Source: Psammoneis japonica (taxonomy: Eukaryota). From it: DNA of 64,000 nt. Positions 45,570 to 59,700 of the stretch are shown here, one piece after another. A program made the position numbers and the translations under genes. The first letter of the stretch is position 1, and each line of letters starts with the position of its first letter. The stretch is from the NCBI GenBank assembly GCA_008632985.1, contig QPGO01000291.1:1-64000 (forward strand), written 5' to 3'. Below the pieces are notes generated by a model. It saw nothing but the letters and a program-made list of their open reading frames with translations, ran no database searches and had not been told where the DNA came from.

Positions 45570-46930
45570 ATGACAGGAGCCAACTGATTTTGACATGACA
45601 AAGACAGCGAATTGGATGGTGGATTCCCACCAAAAACCAGAGGATGGTCATTTACAATGTCCTGAAGCAAAGCTCCATGGGATGTCCATTTGCTCAGCAC
45701 CCCCTGAGGGGAACCTTCCATTTCGGTGTGCATGCACCATCATGCAATTCCATCTTCATCAATGTGGAGAGCACCGCAGTCGCCATTGAACGCAAGCATT
45801 GTTTTCCCATTGGCGTTCCTTCCGCCCTCTGCAGTTTCTGCACAAGACTTGGTCGCAAACTTGGCTGAACTGTCGTTCAGATTGAAAGCAGACGGTCGAA
45901 GCAGAGCACCAATCATCCCACGGCAAGAAGCCCCAAACATCACCAGTCTGCAATTAAAGTCTGAGGTTTCACCATCATGATCAACAAGGGAGGGTGTGGG
46001 GAGCATGATTTTGTGAACTCTGTTGTCATCACCAGACAATGCCATGGCAAGTGGATTGACAGCAATGTGCCCAAAAATTTCAAAGACGGCTGAATCAGTG
46101 TTTTGATTGATGGACACAACCACGCCAATTCTGATTGACCTGTGGTGCAATTCCTTGCATTTCTGGTTCGTTGGAATCAAATGCAAACACAAAATCTCCA
46201 ACACCATGCTCAAACATGTGTGCAATGGTCAAACCATGCTGACAACTCATGCTTCTGGGCTTTTTCCATGCAACAGACATGGTTGCAAGGCCACCCATGG
46301 AACTTGAGCACCCAGAAGACATCCAATTGCCTCCACGCAGGGCTCTTGTGTTGCCATTCAATGGTCGAACCTTTCTGTTGTTGCCACTCTCATGGGCAAT
46401 CCACGTGTCTTCTTGAGACCAGGATGCCTGGACCTCCTCCATGTTCAAATGTGTTGGAGTGGCGACATGTGACAATCCAGTTGTGCCATCCGTGATGTCC
46501 GACACATTTGTCTGCAAATTGAACACTCCTGGGACTGGCAAACTGGGTTCTGGAGTCATGTTTGGTGTGTTTGAATTGACTGTCAATTCAGCTGTGAGCT
46601 TGGTGACAACAGATGGGCATGTTGACACTTCCTTCCTTAGGGTCAATGTTTTGATTTCAGTGGCACCTTTGAAGGAATCAAGCTCATTCATGATGGCGTC
46701 ACATTGCCGTCCCCAGTTCTGAGATGAACGTCAAGCCACTCATCATCCACCGGATTGGCGATCCACATTTGGAGGTCTTTGGCATGATCAGTGATGTCAT
46801 CTTCCAAAAACTCTTTCAACTTTTGGCAAAGTTCTTGGGGTCCACTTGCTTCAACCTGAGTGAAGGGCTCACAAAGCATGGCGCCAGTGAAAAAGGTCAT
46901 GTTGCTTTGGCTGTTGTTGTTCAATGCATT
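45570..46930 (-). pseudogene. Decayed ORF ending in a chymotrypsin-fold protease-like domain with GDCG
   Basis: Ordered fragments MSCQH ... TDSAVFEI ... NGDCGALHIDEDGIA.WCMH across frameshifts. TA-depleted. Confidence 0.45.
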
Positions 46931-47627
46931 GTTTCGACAATCAACAAAAACGTTGCGATTGCAAGAGCACTGTTCACTGTTCCTGTCAGCTCATCTTTGG
47001 TTCTCGGTTTTGGATTTTTGCGCAGCCGAGGGCAGCCAGGGGGTGCAGCCAGCGGATGGAGAAGGCAGGGCAGGCAGATGAAGAAGAGGGAAGACAGGCA
47101 GGCAGACAGACATTGTGCTCGAAATGAAAAAAATTGGGCACTTTCACAATCAAATGTTTGCATGTGTGGGAACATGTTCCAAACACTGCCACACACAAAT
47201 GAGACCAAGGCACCACCTCATTGCATCAGCTCCGCATGGACGGCTGTGAGAGCCATCCAAATCGTGACGTCATGTTTGTGTTTGTTTGATGCAATGTTTG
47301 GGTGATTTGTTGGTTACACTGGAAATCAACATCGAGCAAGAACAGTCTGGAAGCAAGAACAGGCAGAGAGTTTTGTCAGTTGGCACCCTCATTGTAAATT
47401 TCCAGAATGGTGAGTTGTTGTTGTGTGTGCTGCAATGGACAATTGCCCCTTGTTGCTCAACCAGCTCCCACCACACTTTGAAAAGCACTCAGTTTCAACC
47501 ACAGTTTTGGCAACTTGTGTCTGCTGCGTCTCTCTCATGCGCCACTGTGGATGCCTTTTGGGCTCTCAAGGAAGCCTGTTCTGCCAGCAAATGGTTGTGC
47601 TGTGCACAGTCATGTGCAGTGTGCATG

Positions 47628-48062
47628 CAGACAAAAGGTCATTTTTGTCACGCCCTTTGTGACATTCAAAGGCTGCAACACGTCGCCGTGATGCATCAAC
47701 TCTTGTTGGCAGCTGCACATTGCACTCCTCCCCATGTGTCATGCGTCCATGCGGCTCTTTACCAACGTGTGCTGACACTGCACGGTTTTGGCGGAACAGT
47801 GTGGGTGGGTGCGAAGGAACACACAGAACTGCACAGAGTTTTGCGCGTTCGACAGTGATCAACGTTGCTGCAGACAACGCCCACTCAGGGTTTCGAACCC
47901 CTGGCCTCCTGCCCAATGGTTGCGATGAACCACTCCGCTGTGAATTCACAATGCAGCATGCACGCAGACAAAAGGTCATTTTTGTCACGCCCTTTGTGAC
48001 ATTAAAAGGCTGCAACACGTCGCCGTGATGCATTGGCTCTTGTCAGTGGCTGCACATTGCAC
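47628..48062. repeat. About 95-bp direct repeat pair (47628-47722 and 47965-48062)
   Basis: cagacaaaaggtcatttttgtcacgccctttgtgacatt...cacgtcgccgtgatgcat occurs twice. Confidence 0.8.
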
Positions 48063-48214
48063 GTCATGATTTTTGAACATTTGTGCACAACAATGGGGTG
48101 TGTTGCGATGTTTCTCTTTTTGGACAATTTGTTGCTGTGTCAAAGCTCTCGGCTCTTGTTGTGCTCTTCTCCCAGCAAAAAGGAGCTGCCCCCCCCCCCC
48201 CCCCCGGGGGGGCA

Positions 48215-48620
48215 ATTCCACCCAAAATGGTCAAGGCAATGGGCAGCTGCCGTGATGCAGAGATGTGCTGTCAAATTCAAACTGTGATTGTCTTTCTTGG
48301 TTGGCCAGTTGGAGTGACAACACATCACATGAAATCTTTCAAACAATGGTTGATTTTGTTGTTTGTTCAAGAGAGAGAGAAAGAGCAAGCGACAAACCAA
48401 CTTGAGTCATTTCACTCAGTTGACAAGAACAGAAGAGCCCCAGTCAAATCTCATCTTCCCACACATTTCATGCCACCCAAATGATCCACCATCAAGTGAA
48501 CTTCAGAAGCTGTGGAAAGGAACAATGGCCAACCCTCCCCACTCACAACCCCTCTCAAACCTCTGCAACCATTCACGACAATGCATTGGACCCAGTTGCA
48601 TGGTTGTCTGTTGCAGCTGT
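48215..48620 (+). mobile_element. Possible C-terminal relic of a Penelope-like retroelement ORF
   Basis: PHISCHPNDPPSSELQKLWK...NPPHSQPL...MVVCCS recalls the YHPxDP...IQxLW...IVAYSR tail of diatom Penelope-like ORFs once Tyr->Cys is allowed. Recognised from memory only. Confidence 0.35.
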
Positions 48621-49139
48621 TTTGCAGCCTGCCTCTGTGCTGGACAACACCAAGGCAAGATGGTGCATGGCCTCTTGTGTGCAGCAGTGTTGCAATGTCA
48701 ACACATGCCTGGAAAGCATGACCATCAGAGGGTGTGGCTCTGTCATCTCAGGCAAGCCCAGAAGGATGCTGAGAGAGCATCCATGTGTGTGCACACCAAA
48801 CCATTGTCTGCCCCCAATCGCAGTGTGGCTCCACACAATGACATCACTTGTGCACAGCACATGATGACTTGACTCGCATGATCCACAATGCAAATGCATT
48901 GTTGATTGGTGCAATCCAAAATCTGAACAGATGAAAATTTGACAAGATTCCCTGTTTTCATGACTCCATTTCTTGGCAGTGAAACCAGCTCATAATTTCC
49001 ACAACAGCATTTTTGTGACACAACCACATTTTTGTTGCCTTTTGGGTGCATGGGGCACAGCAATGTCACTCGTGTGTGAGGTGACAAAATCCACAAAACG
49101 AACACTGCAGCATGTTGGCAGGACCAACAAACTCAAAAA

Positions 49140-50115
49140 CAACCGCGAAGAAGTGCACCCCCAGCTGCCAATTCTGTTTGCACAGCTGGAGAAGAAGGAA
49201 CTGCAGAAGGGTGAGTGCCAGACATGCAAGCTGTGCAAGGATCCTGCAGACACAAAGAGTTCTGCGCATGAGCTGAGTCCGCTGCACTTTTTCATGAAGA
49301 CATGCAAAGAGTCACTCATTTTCAAGTGCAGTGCTGAGCATGTGTTCCAGGGGCAGAAAGTCACAACTGGACCTGCAAAATTTTCACTTGTGCACAGGCT
49401 TCTTGAGGGTGATGCCCTGATGACTTTTGAGAACCCAGCCAATGTGCAACCTTCTGAGACCAACGCTGTGTTCATCATGTGTGTGGCAAAGGTCACAGAA
49501 AGGATCTTCCCTCATGGGGCTGCACTGCTCTAGAAACATTGTCTGCAACGTTTCATGCAAAAGCCTGTTGATGTCAACATGTGCAAACATGTCACAAGGG
49601 CAGTTGAGATCAATGGCAACATCTCTCAGCATTTGCCTGTGACAGCTGGAGGAAACACACCAGAGTCATTGTGCAACAACAAACTGTGCAACTTGTCCCA
49701 GTGCAGCGAACCAAACATGTGGCAGCGACAGATGGTCCTGCAGGACTTTGACCCATTGGCACATGCTGTGGCTGAATTGGCACAATTCTGCAAGCAGATT
49801 GAGCAGGTCAAGGAAACCGAGGGTTTCCATGACCAGCACACTGAGGTTCCATCTAAGGGGGGCTGTGGAATGGAAAATGATGAGTTGTTGATCAGGAATC
49901 AGAAGAAGAGCCATGCATGCTCTACAGGACTGACGGCGGAAATCTGACGGACAATTGCCATGCACTCAAGCACCGTGTGAAGCACATTGAGGCTGCGCGT
50001 GCAAATGGTGGTGGCAACAAGTCCAGTCAAAAAGCTCAGAATGAGGAAGACACTGGGGTGGAGGCGCGATGCTTTGCTGTTGTAAAGAAAAAGCACAAGT
50101 CACGAAAGAGGAGCT
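49140..50115 (+). pseudogene. gag: Decayed gag of a second Gypsy family (pol absent)
   Basis: KDPADTKS...GQKVTTGPAKFSLVHRLLEGDALMTFEN...IFPHGAALL*K...KP...WQRQMVLQDFDPL...ELAQFC is homologous to Gypsy-2 gag (LLQGDALRAFEN, VFPKNALLVQK, WQRQSTVQGF). Confidence 0.75.
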
Positions 50116-51589
50116 TGACCACTTCTGCCACCTCAACTTGGGGCCAACAAAATGCTGACAGTTTTCAATGCCTCAGACAAATGTACAAACTCACATTTGT
50201 CATGCTGCGCGCACTTGTGTTGCAAGCCAGCCCCACAAAGGAGCCAAAAAAAAAAAAAAAACTCATCTCACACCCATCTTGTTTGCAGCTGGGAGCTGCA
50301 AAAAGCACAATGAGACTGCATTGTGTCATGCTGTGCCCAGCATGCCCAGCTGAGAAATGTTGCAAAATGTCACACTGCCCTCTGCTCTTGAGAGAATTGT
50401 GGTTGTCTGTCTGTCCATCAGCAACAGCACTCCCTGCAGCTGGTCTTTCTTGTGCATTGGATGGTGTCAAGTGCTGTCATGGTGGGATTGTTCTTTTTGA
50501 CACACTCAGATTTGATCACAATTTTTCTACTTTGCAATCATGACAACAATGTTGGCCATTTTTGAGGCTGTTTCTAAACCCGTTTTGTCTGCTTTGAGGC
50601 AAAACTGGCTGAGTTTGCTTGCCTTGTCAGAGCTGAGACATGTGGTGTGATTGAGTGGGTCAGAAAGTTGTCCACCATTTGCAATGGCCAAACAATCTCA
50701 AGAGAATGCAAGTGCAATGTCAAGGGCATTGGGTGGCAGAAATCTGAACACTGAAATGTTTGTGCAACATGGACTTGTGTTGTGGAGACCTCCAGTGCAC
50801 GCACTTGCATGAGAACATTTGTTCTCTGTGCACAGACAGGTGCCAAGCAGTGCATGGGACCATGTCCCAAGCAGCTGTTGTTCTTCAGACAAAACAGCTC
50901 AGGGTCCAATCAGCCCATGTTGCTGGTCAGTTTCCTGTCCTGTTGTTGCAACATCCCTTCTGTGTGCCACTCATGCAACAAATTTTGCAACAATGATTTT
51001 TTTCTAACACATTTTTGACAAATTTCCATCCAACAGGGTCTTCATGCATTGAGAGCACACTGCATTGTACCCCAACAGAATGGGAAGAACAAAATGTGGT
51101 GCACTGATTGCCGTGCTTGTTGGCAACACAAAACCCTGCTTGTTGGTGACACTTGGAACAACCCTGCAAACACATTGACCTCAGTTTTGAATTTTGAATC
51201 TTAAACACAGTTGAGCAAAATGAGTTGAAGATGATTCATTCATTGGCTTCTGGTGTGAGACAAGCACAAATGTCTGAGTCATGCAATGAAAGAGCCAAAT
51301 CAAATGCTGTTCAACAGAGTGAAGTGTTGAACATGAATTGGAGCAGGTCTCTCTGACAAAGATGTTGGTGAGTTGAAAGCACAAGAGCTCAAGAGTGGCA
51401 GACATTAAAAGATCATGACAGAAGAGCAGAGGCAAGGAAATGGAACACAGGCCTCAAAACTGCACAGCTCATTGCGGTGTGCAAACAACCTCAGCAGAGC
51501 CCTTGTCAAGACATTTGAGGGACAATCACTTGGACTCACATGGGCCAAGATTGAAAGGGGCGTGGTGTGCTCCTGACACACGTTCATTT

Positions 51590-52900
51590 CAAAGGTGAGT
51601 CAAATTGATCCTTGGGGCAACATTTGCTCAAATGTTTGCAGGCAGGGCAAGTTTGTGAAGTTCTGTCTGACAAGCCCTTGTTTGTGCAAGCTGGTCAGTC
51701 ACTTGTTGATTTTGCAGATGATGGCCTGGGCTGATGGAGTGCTGAAATGCTTGGCAACTGATGAAGCAGGAGAGTTTGCTGGCAATGAAGCTGAGTTTGT
51801 CAAACATGCACAAAAAATGAAGATCCAACTGTGTGAAACAGAAGAAAGGAGAAAGAGTCAAAGTCACATGGCTGAGCAGAAAACCAGTTTCTTGGAAAAA
51901 AGGTTGAGACTCAGAATGGCCAAAAAGAAAGCAGCAAAATGTCTGTGGGATTTCAAACTTGTTTGCTGGGCAGCTGTTGTGCATGGCATGCAGAAAAGAC
52001 CAATGAACTGGGTTTGAAGAAATCACTGGACAGATGCCTGAGATTGGCAAAGAACAACTGGATTGTGAATCTTGTGATTTCCTTTGGTGGTAAATTTGCC
52101 TTGACAAGCTGAGTGTTGCTGGTGATCTGAGGAGAAGGTCTGAGCATTGGCTTGGCACATTACGCAGGGTCTGTTGGCTCAGTTGTGCACAACTGGTTGA
52201 CTGCTGAAAGTGGTCAGCTGGCATCCAAGACCTTGGTTGAACACATGGCATGTGAGGATTGCTTGAGGCAGTCTCAGTGATGACATCAAGAGAAGGGTTG
52301 ATGGCCTCAATGGCAAACTTTAATCTTGGCTTGATGACATGAACAAGAACCCATTTGATCCAGTGGAAGATCACTTTGCTTTTGTGTTTGATGATGTTGT
52401 TCCAATGAAAAATCCAGAGCACCTTGCAAAACTGGAGTGACACATGCAGATCAGAAATGTGGCAACATGTTGCCAGAAGAGAGACAAAAGACAAGCATTT
52501 GGGCACAGAACACAGAACTTGCTTTTGATGTGTGGAAAATGCTGAAAGGAAAGGGATTGCAACCACATGTTCTTGTAGAATTGATGGGCAACCAGTTGGT
52601 CACATGCACACTTGAGCCCCATTTTTGACACCTGAGAGCACAAAGTCACCCACACAAATGGGTTGACAGATGAGTGTGCTGCAGGTGCAATTGCTGAAAC
52701 CTCTTTGAGCAGGTTGACAGTGTTGGGCATCATTGCTCAATTTTGAACAAGATGCAAAATCATTGCAAGAGTCAGTCAGTGATGCTTGTCTCAGCAGTGG
52801 AAAGATGGCTCAACAGAATGAACTGAAGTCAAGGATTTGAAAGCATCTGACCTGACTGAAGTGGCTGAGCATGCAGCTGCAAATTGGATTGCTGAAATGA
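51590..52900 (+). mobile_element. Ty1/Copia (diatom CoDi-like) relic: integrase core and downstream region
   Basis: LATDEAGEFAG..AEFVKH...QSHMAEQ...RMAKKKAAKCLWDF, later NLFEQVDS and KDLKASDLTEVAEHAAAN. Confidence 0.75.
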
Positions 52901-53339
52901 ACAAATTGCAATGCAGTCAGCAACAATGCTGCACCAACAGACAACAAGGATGGGTGAGACTGCAACATCAACAACCTCTTGCATCTCAGAAGATTGCAAG
53001 CCTTTCATGCAAAGAAGCCTGCCTGCACACACCAATTGGAGCACTCACACCAAGGTTAGACTGCTGCATCAAGCTTGGCTTGGTCCCCATGAAACAGCTG
53101 TGCTGTCGCTAATTTGAGCACTTGCAACAACCTCTCTCTTTGGGAGAGGCAAAACACTGAACCCAGAAGTTGTGGCCACTGGCTGCCTGCACTGGCCTGG
53201 GAGGCCAGCCAACATGCATGAGCTGCAGGCATGCGGCCTTGGCTGTTGGGGTCACAACAAAACATTTGCACACAAGTTCCAGTGCCATCTCCCAAAACAG
53301 CCAATGACCTTTGCAAGCAAGTCCGCCAAGTTTGCACCC

Positions 53340-54700
53340 ACATGTCTTGTTTGGCCATTCAAACAATTCCAGCCACAACTGCTCCCCTGGTCACATGACA
53401 ATTGACCATGTTGTCATGCTTCTTGTGCAATGCTGACTCTGGCACACTGAGATTCTTCACAACACCATGGTTGTCACAAAACACATTTGCCAGTCCTCAA
53501 ATCAGAGCTTCCCCCAAGCATCTGCAAATTGCACACAAGACCAACAACAATGTCCCCAAACAACTCACTCCCAAACATTGTCAACTCAACCCCATTCTGC
53601 CTGTCACCAAACCACATTGTCAGGGCATTTTTCACAAAGACAATGACGCCCAACCAAGTGCAACCTGTCAACAACAAGAACATTCCCAGCATGATTTGTG
53701 TCAACAAAGGCATGAACAGTCACCAGATTTGCAGAATTGAAAATTGATTTGTCACAAGCTGGGTCCTTTGGATTGCAACCAAGCAGTTTTTCAATGTGTG
53801 CCCCCAAGTGTTCATTGCTTGGTTTTGCCCAACGCTGAGACAAGACAGAGACTTGTGAAAAAAATCAATGCACCCCAACTCTGTTGCTGATCTGCAGATG
53901 CCAGTCAGCTGCAAATGCTGAGACAACAAATCCAGCCATGGCCCAGGCTTGTCAGACACACCCAGCTCTAACTCACATGCTTGGATGACAACACTCCTTT
54001 GATGTTGTTCTTGAACACTTCGTCATTGTCATCCTCTCCCAACAACCTTTCTGCCATTTTGAAAGCATTCTTGTTGACATGCAGCCTCAGAGAACTGGCC
54101 CAAATCATCCTGCCATCCTTGGTTTGTGTGTTTTCCATGTCAGCTTCCAGACACATGGCCAGCTCACCCTTGCTCCCTTGACAACAACCTTGTCCTGATG
54201 AGATGTGATCATCACGTTGAACATGCAAAACATGCAAATGGCACTTGTGCACATTGCTGCATGTTGTTGCTTGAGTGCCCATTTTGGGGTCAGCCCCAAA
54301 CAGTTGGCTCAAAACACAAATCACAAAGAAGTGCAGCAAGTGCCAACCACTGCAACAATCCAGCACTTTTGAGATCATGCAACACCCTTGCCACAACAAG
54401 TGCATGCCCTGTGCTTCACCACACTCCTGTCTGCCTTTGCACCAGATCTTTCCCTCACACAGTGCATTCAGACACACATTCTCCAAGTCAATGGTTGTGA
54501 CATCTGCATGTTCAGAGTTGGCACCAATGCAAGCCAAGTGTCATGATGTCTTTCTTGATGCCATGCTTGAGCAAGCAATGGATGCTGGTGCTTCAGCTGT
54601 GTTTCCACCCACCTGCCACACTGCAGAGCAAGCAACAAATGTCAAAACCAATTGTTTTGACTGCAGACACCAGCACAAATTCTGTGAGAGCAAGCAAAAA
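53340..54700 (-). mobile_element. Ty1/Copia relic: RT and RNase H, opposite orientation to the adjacent integrase
   Basis: GGNTAEAPASIACSSMASR, IDLENVCLNALCEGKIW...ECGEAQG, VHAFVDTNHAGN, RQNGVELTMFGSE, DNHGVVKN.SVPESALHKKH. Confidence 0.75.
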
Positions 54701-55959
54701 ATCTTCAAAGATGGAGACATTGAGAGTCTTGAACTCTGCAAAAGTGCATCAAGTTTAAAAGTCAGTTTTTGGCAATGGCACATTTTTGACACAGCAAGCC
54801 CCTTGCAGAGATCCAATTGTCAGGTTTTCAACATCACCAAACAAACCACATGTTTTTGCTTGTCTGCATGTGTTCAACTTTGCAGCCACCAACTCATTTT
54901 TGGCACTGCAGAGAAGTTGCTTTGTTGTGGAAAAGACAAAAAACAATGATGTACAGCACATTGTTTGACTCATTTAAACCCTTGTTGGAGATGGATTAAT
55001 GATCTGCCTGTTGGTGACACCATTGCATTGCCTTTCATTCCGGTGGTCTAGTGCACTGCAGCCACCGTGAACATTTTGTCTTTTGACATTGTGTTGCCCC
55101 CAAAGTCTTGCACATGTCAACATCAATGGCACAAATGGTGGCACAGGCAAGACATGTCAGACAGCAACCACTGCATTTCATGGAGCTCTCCACTGCCTTG
55201 CAAGCATTGTAAAGACAAGCCCATTTGTTGCCATTGCAGTGTGCAGCTGCTGTGCTGCATGGCTGTGTGAAAGAAACAACACTGAACAATCATGACAGGT
55301 TGAGGTGCATCATTTTTTGATTGATCAGCAACCTTCTTACATCGAAGAATCAAGGCACCATCTAAATTTTGTGACACGAGTTTTAGAAGCAGCTTGCAGT
55401 GCAACTGCTTTGTTTGTTGGAAATCATCTTTTGAGGTCGTGACACTTGTTTTGTTGCACAGCCACACAAGAGACATCATGATGTCACATGAGCTTCAGCA
55501 ACCCAAACAAGCAGTCTTTTCACTTCAAAAGGCTTGGCACTGTGCTTGACAGAAATTTGACCTTGTGGCTTTGTTGGCAATGATTGCATGTTTTGCCCAT
55601 CAACTGCCATTTGAATGCTGCTGATGCCATTGTTCTTCTTTACAGATTGCTGGCATCAGGACAATCTGATGACATCTGGGACAGCAGATGGCAATTGTGT
55701 GCCAGAGAAGAAAGAAAGTGAGCAAAGGAGAGATCAGCAGATCTCTCCACTCTGTCCATGCCAGTCTGTCTGACACAAGGGAGTGTGCTCCCTGTCTTGG
55801 ATGTCTGTCACCCTCCCCTGATGAGCAGTGCAAGGCTCGCCAATGAAAAAGAAAGAGAACATCAAAAAAAAAAGAGAGAACCAGAACAGCAGAACAAAAA
55901 ACAGGACCAAGAAAAAAATGCCCAAGACTTGATCCACAAACACCACAACAATCAACAGC

Positions 55960-56750
55960 GATGTCCCGCCATCAAGTGGTGAGCATGGTGGGAATGGAGC
56001 ATCCAACCCACAGCCTTGGTCAGCACTTCAGCAGGGTCAATGACACCCAGAACATGTGGAGTGACAATTTCACCTGCCTCCTGCCAGCAGTCTTGGACAG
56101 CAAAATGTTGAATGTCAATGTGGCGGGAATGCTTCGTGGGCACCTTGTCATTGACCATCTGGACAGCAGAGGAGTTGTCAATGTGCAAGGGAGTGGAGTC
56201 ACATTGGAGAAATCCCAGCTCTTCAAGTGCCATCTGGAGGTGCAATGTCTGCTTCACAGCAGTGGCACTGGCCAAGAATTTGGCTTCTGCAGAGCTGGCA
56301 GCTGCAATTGTCTGGGTCCAGCATTGACAGCCAATTGCAGCACCAGCAAATGAGAGCATGCATGTGTCCAGTGGCAGAATGGCACTGCCAAAGTTCACTG
56401 GCATGTGCTGCATCAATGAAGCCAAGGAGCTGGAAACAATCTTTGGCATGGGGGAATTCAGGCAAAGAAGGATCAGGTTTCAGCTGTTCAAAGGACCAAG
56501 GAGGGAGACCTGGATCATGTGCAGTCTTCTCATGCATCAACCCCCAATGTTTGGTGCGTGCAAACACTTTGCCATTTGCTTGAGAGAAGTGCAGTGAATC
56601 TCATTGGAGTTCTTGGAGAACTTCAACAAGGTCACAATGGGACAACCAACATCCAATCAACAACAAGTGTGCACAAAAAAAATAAATTCACCCAGAACAG
56701 GCCCATGGGAGAAACCCTGGGAAGCCACTCACAAACATTCCTTCCAGCAA
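55960..56750 (-). mobile_element. Ty1/Copia RNase H relic
   Basis: GFIDAAHA, SSAEAKFLA, IDNSSA, SRHIDIQHFAVQD, DPAEVLTKAVGW. Confidence 0.8.
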
Positions 56751-56759
56751 TGCCATTGG

Positions 56760-59700
56760 ACTGGCTGGCTCATCTTTGTCCAGCCATTCTCTGGTCAGTT
56801 TCCCATTGCAGACCATGCGTCCCTTGATCTGACTGTCTCATTTTTCCATTGAGGAACATTGAGGCACACATGGCATTGGTCCTCTCACTTGGAGTTGTGT
56901 CTTTGACAGATTTTGGTGCAAAGCACACTCTGTCATGGAGTTGTTTCATCTCCTTCTTGAAGGCATCATGCCCCTCCTGTCTGAATGCTTTCAGGCTTTT
57001 GTGCAGTGGGCACTGTTGGGCAAACAAAATGCCCTTTCTGGAAGAATGGAATCTGTCATTCTTTTTCAGACATAAACTGTGCCAGTGCCATTGCCAATTT
57101 AGAATTGTGCTCAATGTCTTGTTCTGGGGTTTGGACTTGCATTTGTTTGCAAGTGATGGCAGTGCTCAAGTTTGACAACATTTTCCTGCTCTTCTTTGGC
57201 ACTGGTTGCTCCTGTGAACCTTGCTGTCTTCTCATGTTTCTTGTGCCTTTGTGCAAAAGACTTCCCAGACCTTGCAGTCCTGCCAGTTGCATCATTGGCT
57301 TCTTCTTCTTCTGTTCTTTCTTCAGGTCCCATGCTGTTTTTGTGGGATTTGTCATCATCTTGTGTGTCATCAGCATTTTTGCAGCCATCTTCTTTGTGAT
57401 GGTTAAGATTCTCATCATCAGACTCTGTTTCTTTGTCATGCTGGTCAGGATTCTCATCTTTGAACTCTGTTTCTTTGTCATGCTGGTCAGGACTGGACTT
57501 TTTGCCAGCTGGGATGTCATTGGCTTCTTTGCATTCTTTGTCTGAGTCCACTTCATTGCAGTCTACATCATTGTTGTCTTTGCTTTCTTTGTCATTGCAT
57601 TTGTTGTCTCTGTCATTGTTGTGGTCTTGTTCCACTCCTGCAGTCCAACCAGCATCCAAAAAATTGTCTCTTCATTTTCCTGTGAATTTAAAATCTTTAA
57701 CACCCTGGGCCAATGCCATTTTCAATGGCTCTGACATGGGTGTTGGTGAGGGGTGCAGAGGTGCACTTGTGGGGGCAAAGAAGTTTCCCAGTGTGCAAGT
57801 TCCTCCCTTTGGATGGTCAAAATGTGGGTGCTGCAGATGCATGCTGTCAAGGCCCCACATTTCCATTGTGTTTGTGGGATTGTTCTCAACATGAGACAAA
57901 AAAATTCCCCAAATCAAAGCTCAAAATGTTCAGCACAGTCAAGAACCCGGCACTCCACAATGGTGGACTGCAGGTGTCCAAGATGCCTTCCTTCTCTGCA
58001 GGCACATGTTTGCCATGATGGTGCCCTTGACAACTGCATGCTCACACACAAGCCTGGGCACAGCCTTGAAATGCAGGTGATGTGAGGTGGCCCAAGTTCT
58101 CTCCTTGATGGTTTCAATGCTGTGCTCAACCTCTGGTGCATGATCACTGGTGTTCATGGGCATGAGTTCAAGGTTCATCCCATCAGCCACTTCAGCAAGC
58201 ATGGCCTTGAATTTGGGGTTGCATTCAATGAAGTTGATCTTGAACAAGGCTTTGTCACATTGACACATCACCATGTCCAATGACTCACACACATCTGTGT
58301 GTCGCTTGGATTTAAGCTTCATGCTTGAATGATGCTTGATCGTCTTGTCAACAGCGCATGGCAGTTGAATGCTGCACACCTCACTCAATGATGTTGATGC
58401 ACAGGGTCACACCTTCCCTCTGTTTTTCACAGATCTCAGGTGGTGTCGCAATTGTGTCACACTCACATGAGGTCAGTGTGTGCATTTGGTCTTGCCTCTC
58501 AGAAAATTGACAGGTGGTCCCCAGATGTCCACTGTTCTGTCCATGTCCTGCAGCAGGTTGGACAAGTTCTTCACCAGATTAGATTGCAGGAATCACTTGA
58601 AATCCCTGACACTGGGTGTTTCAGTCTTGTGATGCAGGCCCATGGTGTCATGTTTCACAGTCAGGACAACAGCTCCTGATGCACTCTTGTGCTTCTTGTT
58701 TGTTTTCATGGCGTGCTTCTTGGCTGTCATGCTGACTTGTGACTCTGCTCTTTGTGCAGGTCCTTGACATGATCAAAGAACTTCTGGCTTGGTGCAAATG
58801 TGTGCAGCCCAATGTCATTTGCTTTGAATGCTGCAACTTGGTTGCCAGTCTTCTTGTCCAGCAGCCAGAACTCATCTGCCACCACTTGATTGTTGTGCAT
58901 CATGTGGCACTTGGCCTTGAGACCACATCCTGCAAGCTCAGGATGTTTGCCATTGTGTGCTTCAATCCCAACTTCATGTCACCCCATCCTGGCATGGTGC
59001 AATCCTTGTCTGGGGTGTCCACTCCTGCATTTGTGGACAGGTCAGGTCTGGCTCATGCTCATCTCTGGTTGCTCCTTGACCAGTTACAACCCATGCCATG
59101 CAGCTCCCCTGCTCCAGCTCAAAACAGTTTAATCTTGTTGATCTGGTGGTGTTGACACTCACATTGCTGTCCACCAAAGAGAGGTCTGCATCACCTCTCT
59201 CATTTGCACATGGCTCTGTCCCATTGTGCCCACTTTCTTTCTGGTCGCTCTTCTTGAACCAGTCTTTTGCTGCCACCTTGTCCTTGTGTTTGCACCCCCC
59301 AGGAATTTGTGGTCTTCTTTGCCACAACAGTGGCATGTTGTCTTCTTGCCTTGTTGTGTGCCACCCATCTGGGTGTGGGTCTAGTTCCTGGTTGCATTGC
59401 CATTCTTGTCCTTCCCATTGCAATTGTCTTGATGGTCAGAATTCTTCCTTCTCAGTTTGTCATCCCACTCATGATTCAGCAGGGCATCCATTGCTCTGTT
59501 CAGGTTTTTTGGGTGAGTGTTGTTTCCCAGAATGCAGTTCCTCACAAAACTTTTCTTTGGCAACTTACAGCAATGGTCATCCCTGTTCTCAATGAACAGA
59601 TGAGCAGACCAGGCCTCAAATGCCAGCTTCTTCAGCTCTTCTTGTTTGTGATTGGGACTTTCCTTGTGCTCCTTGGTGTTCTCAATGAACCCATTTAGCA

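Noticed and set aside
48189..48212. C17-G7 run as a functional hairpin or G-quadruplex
   Set aside because: A lone homopolymer in decayed DNA whose length is unreliable in assemblies, with no supporting context.
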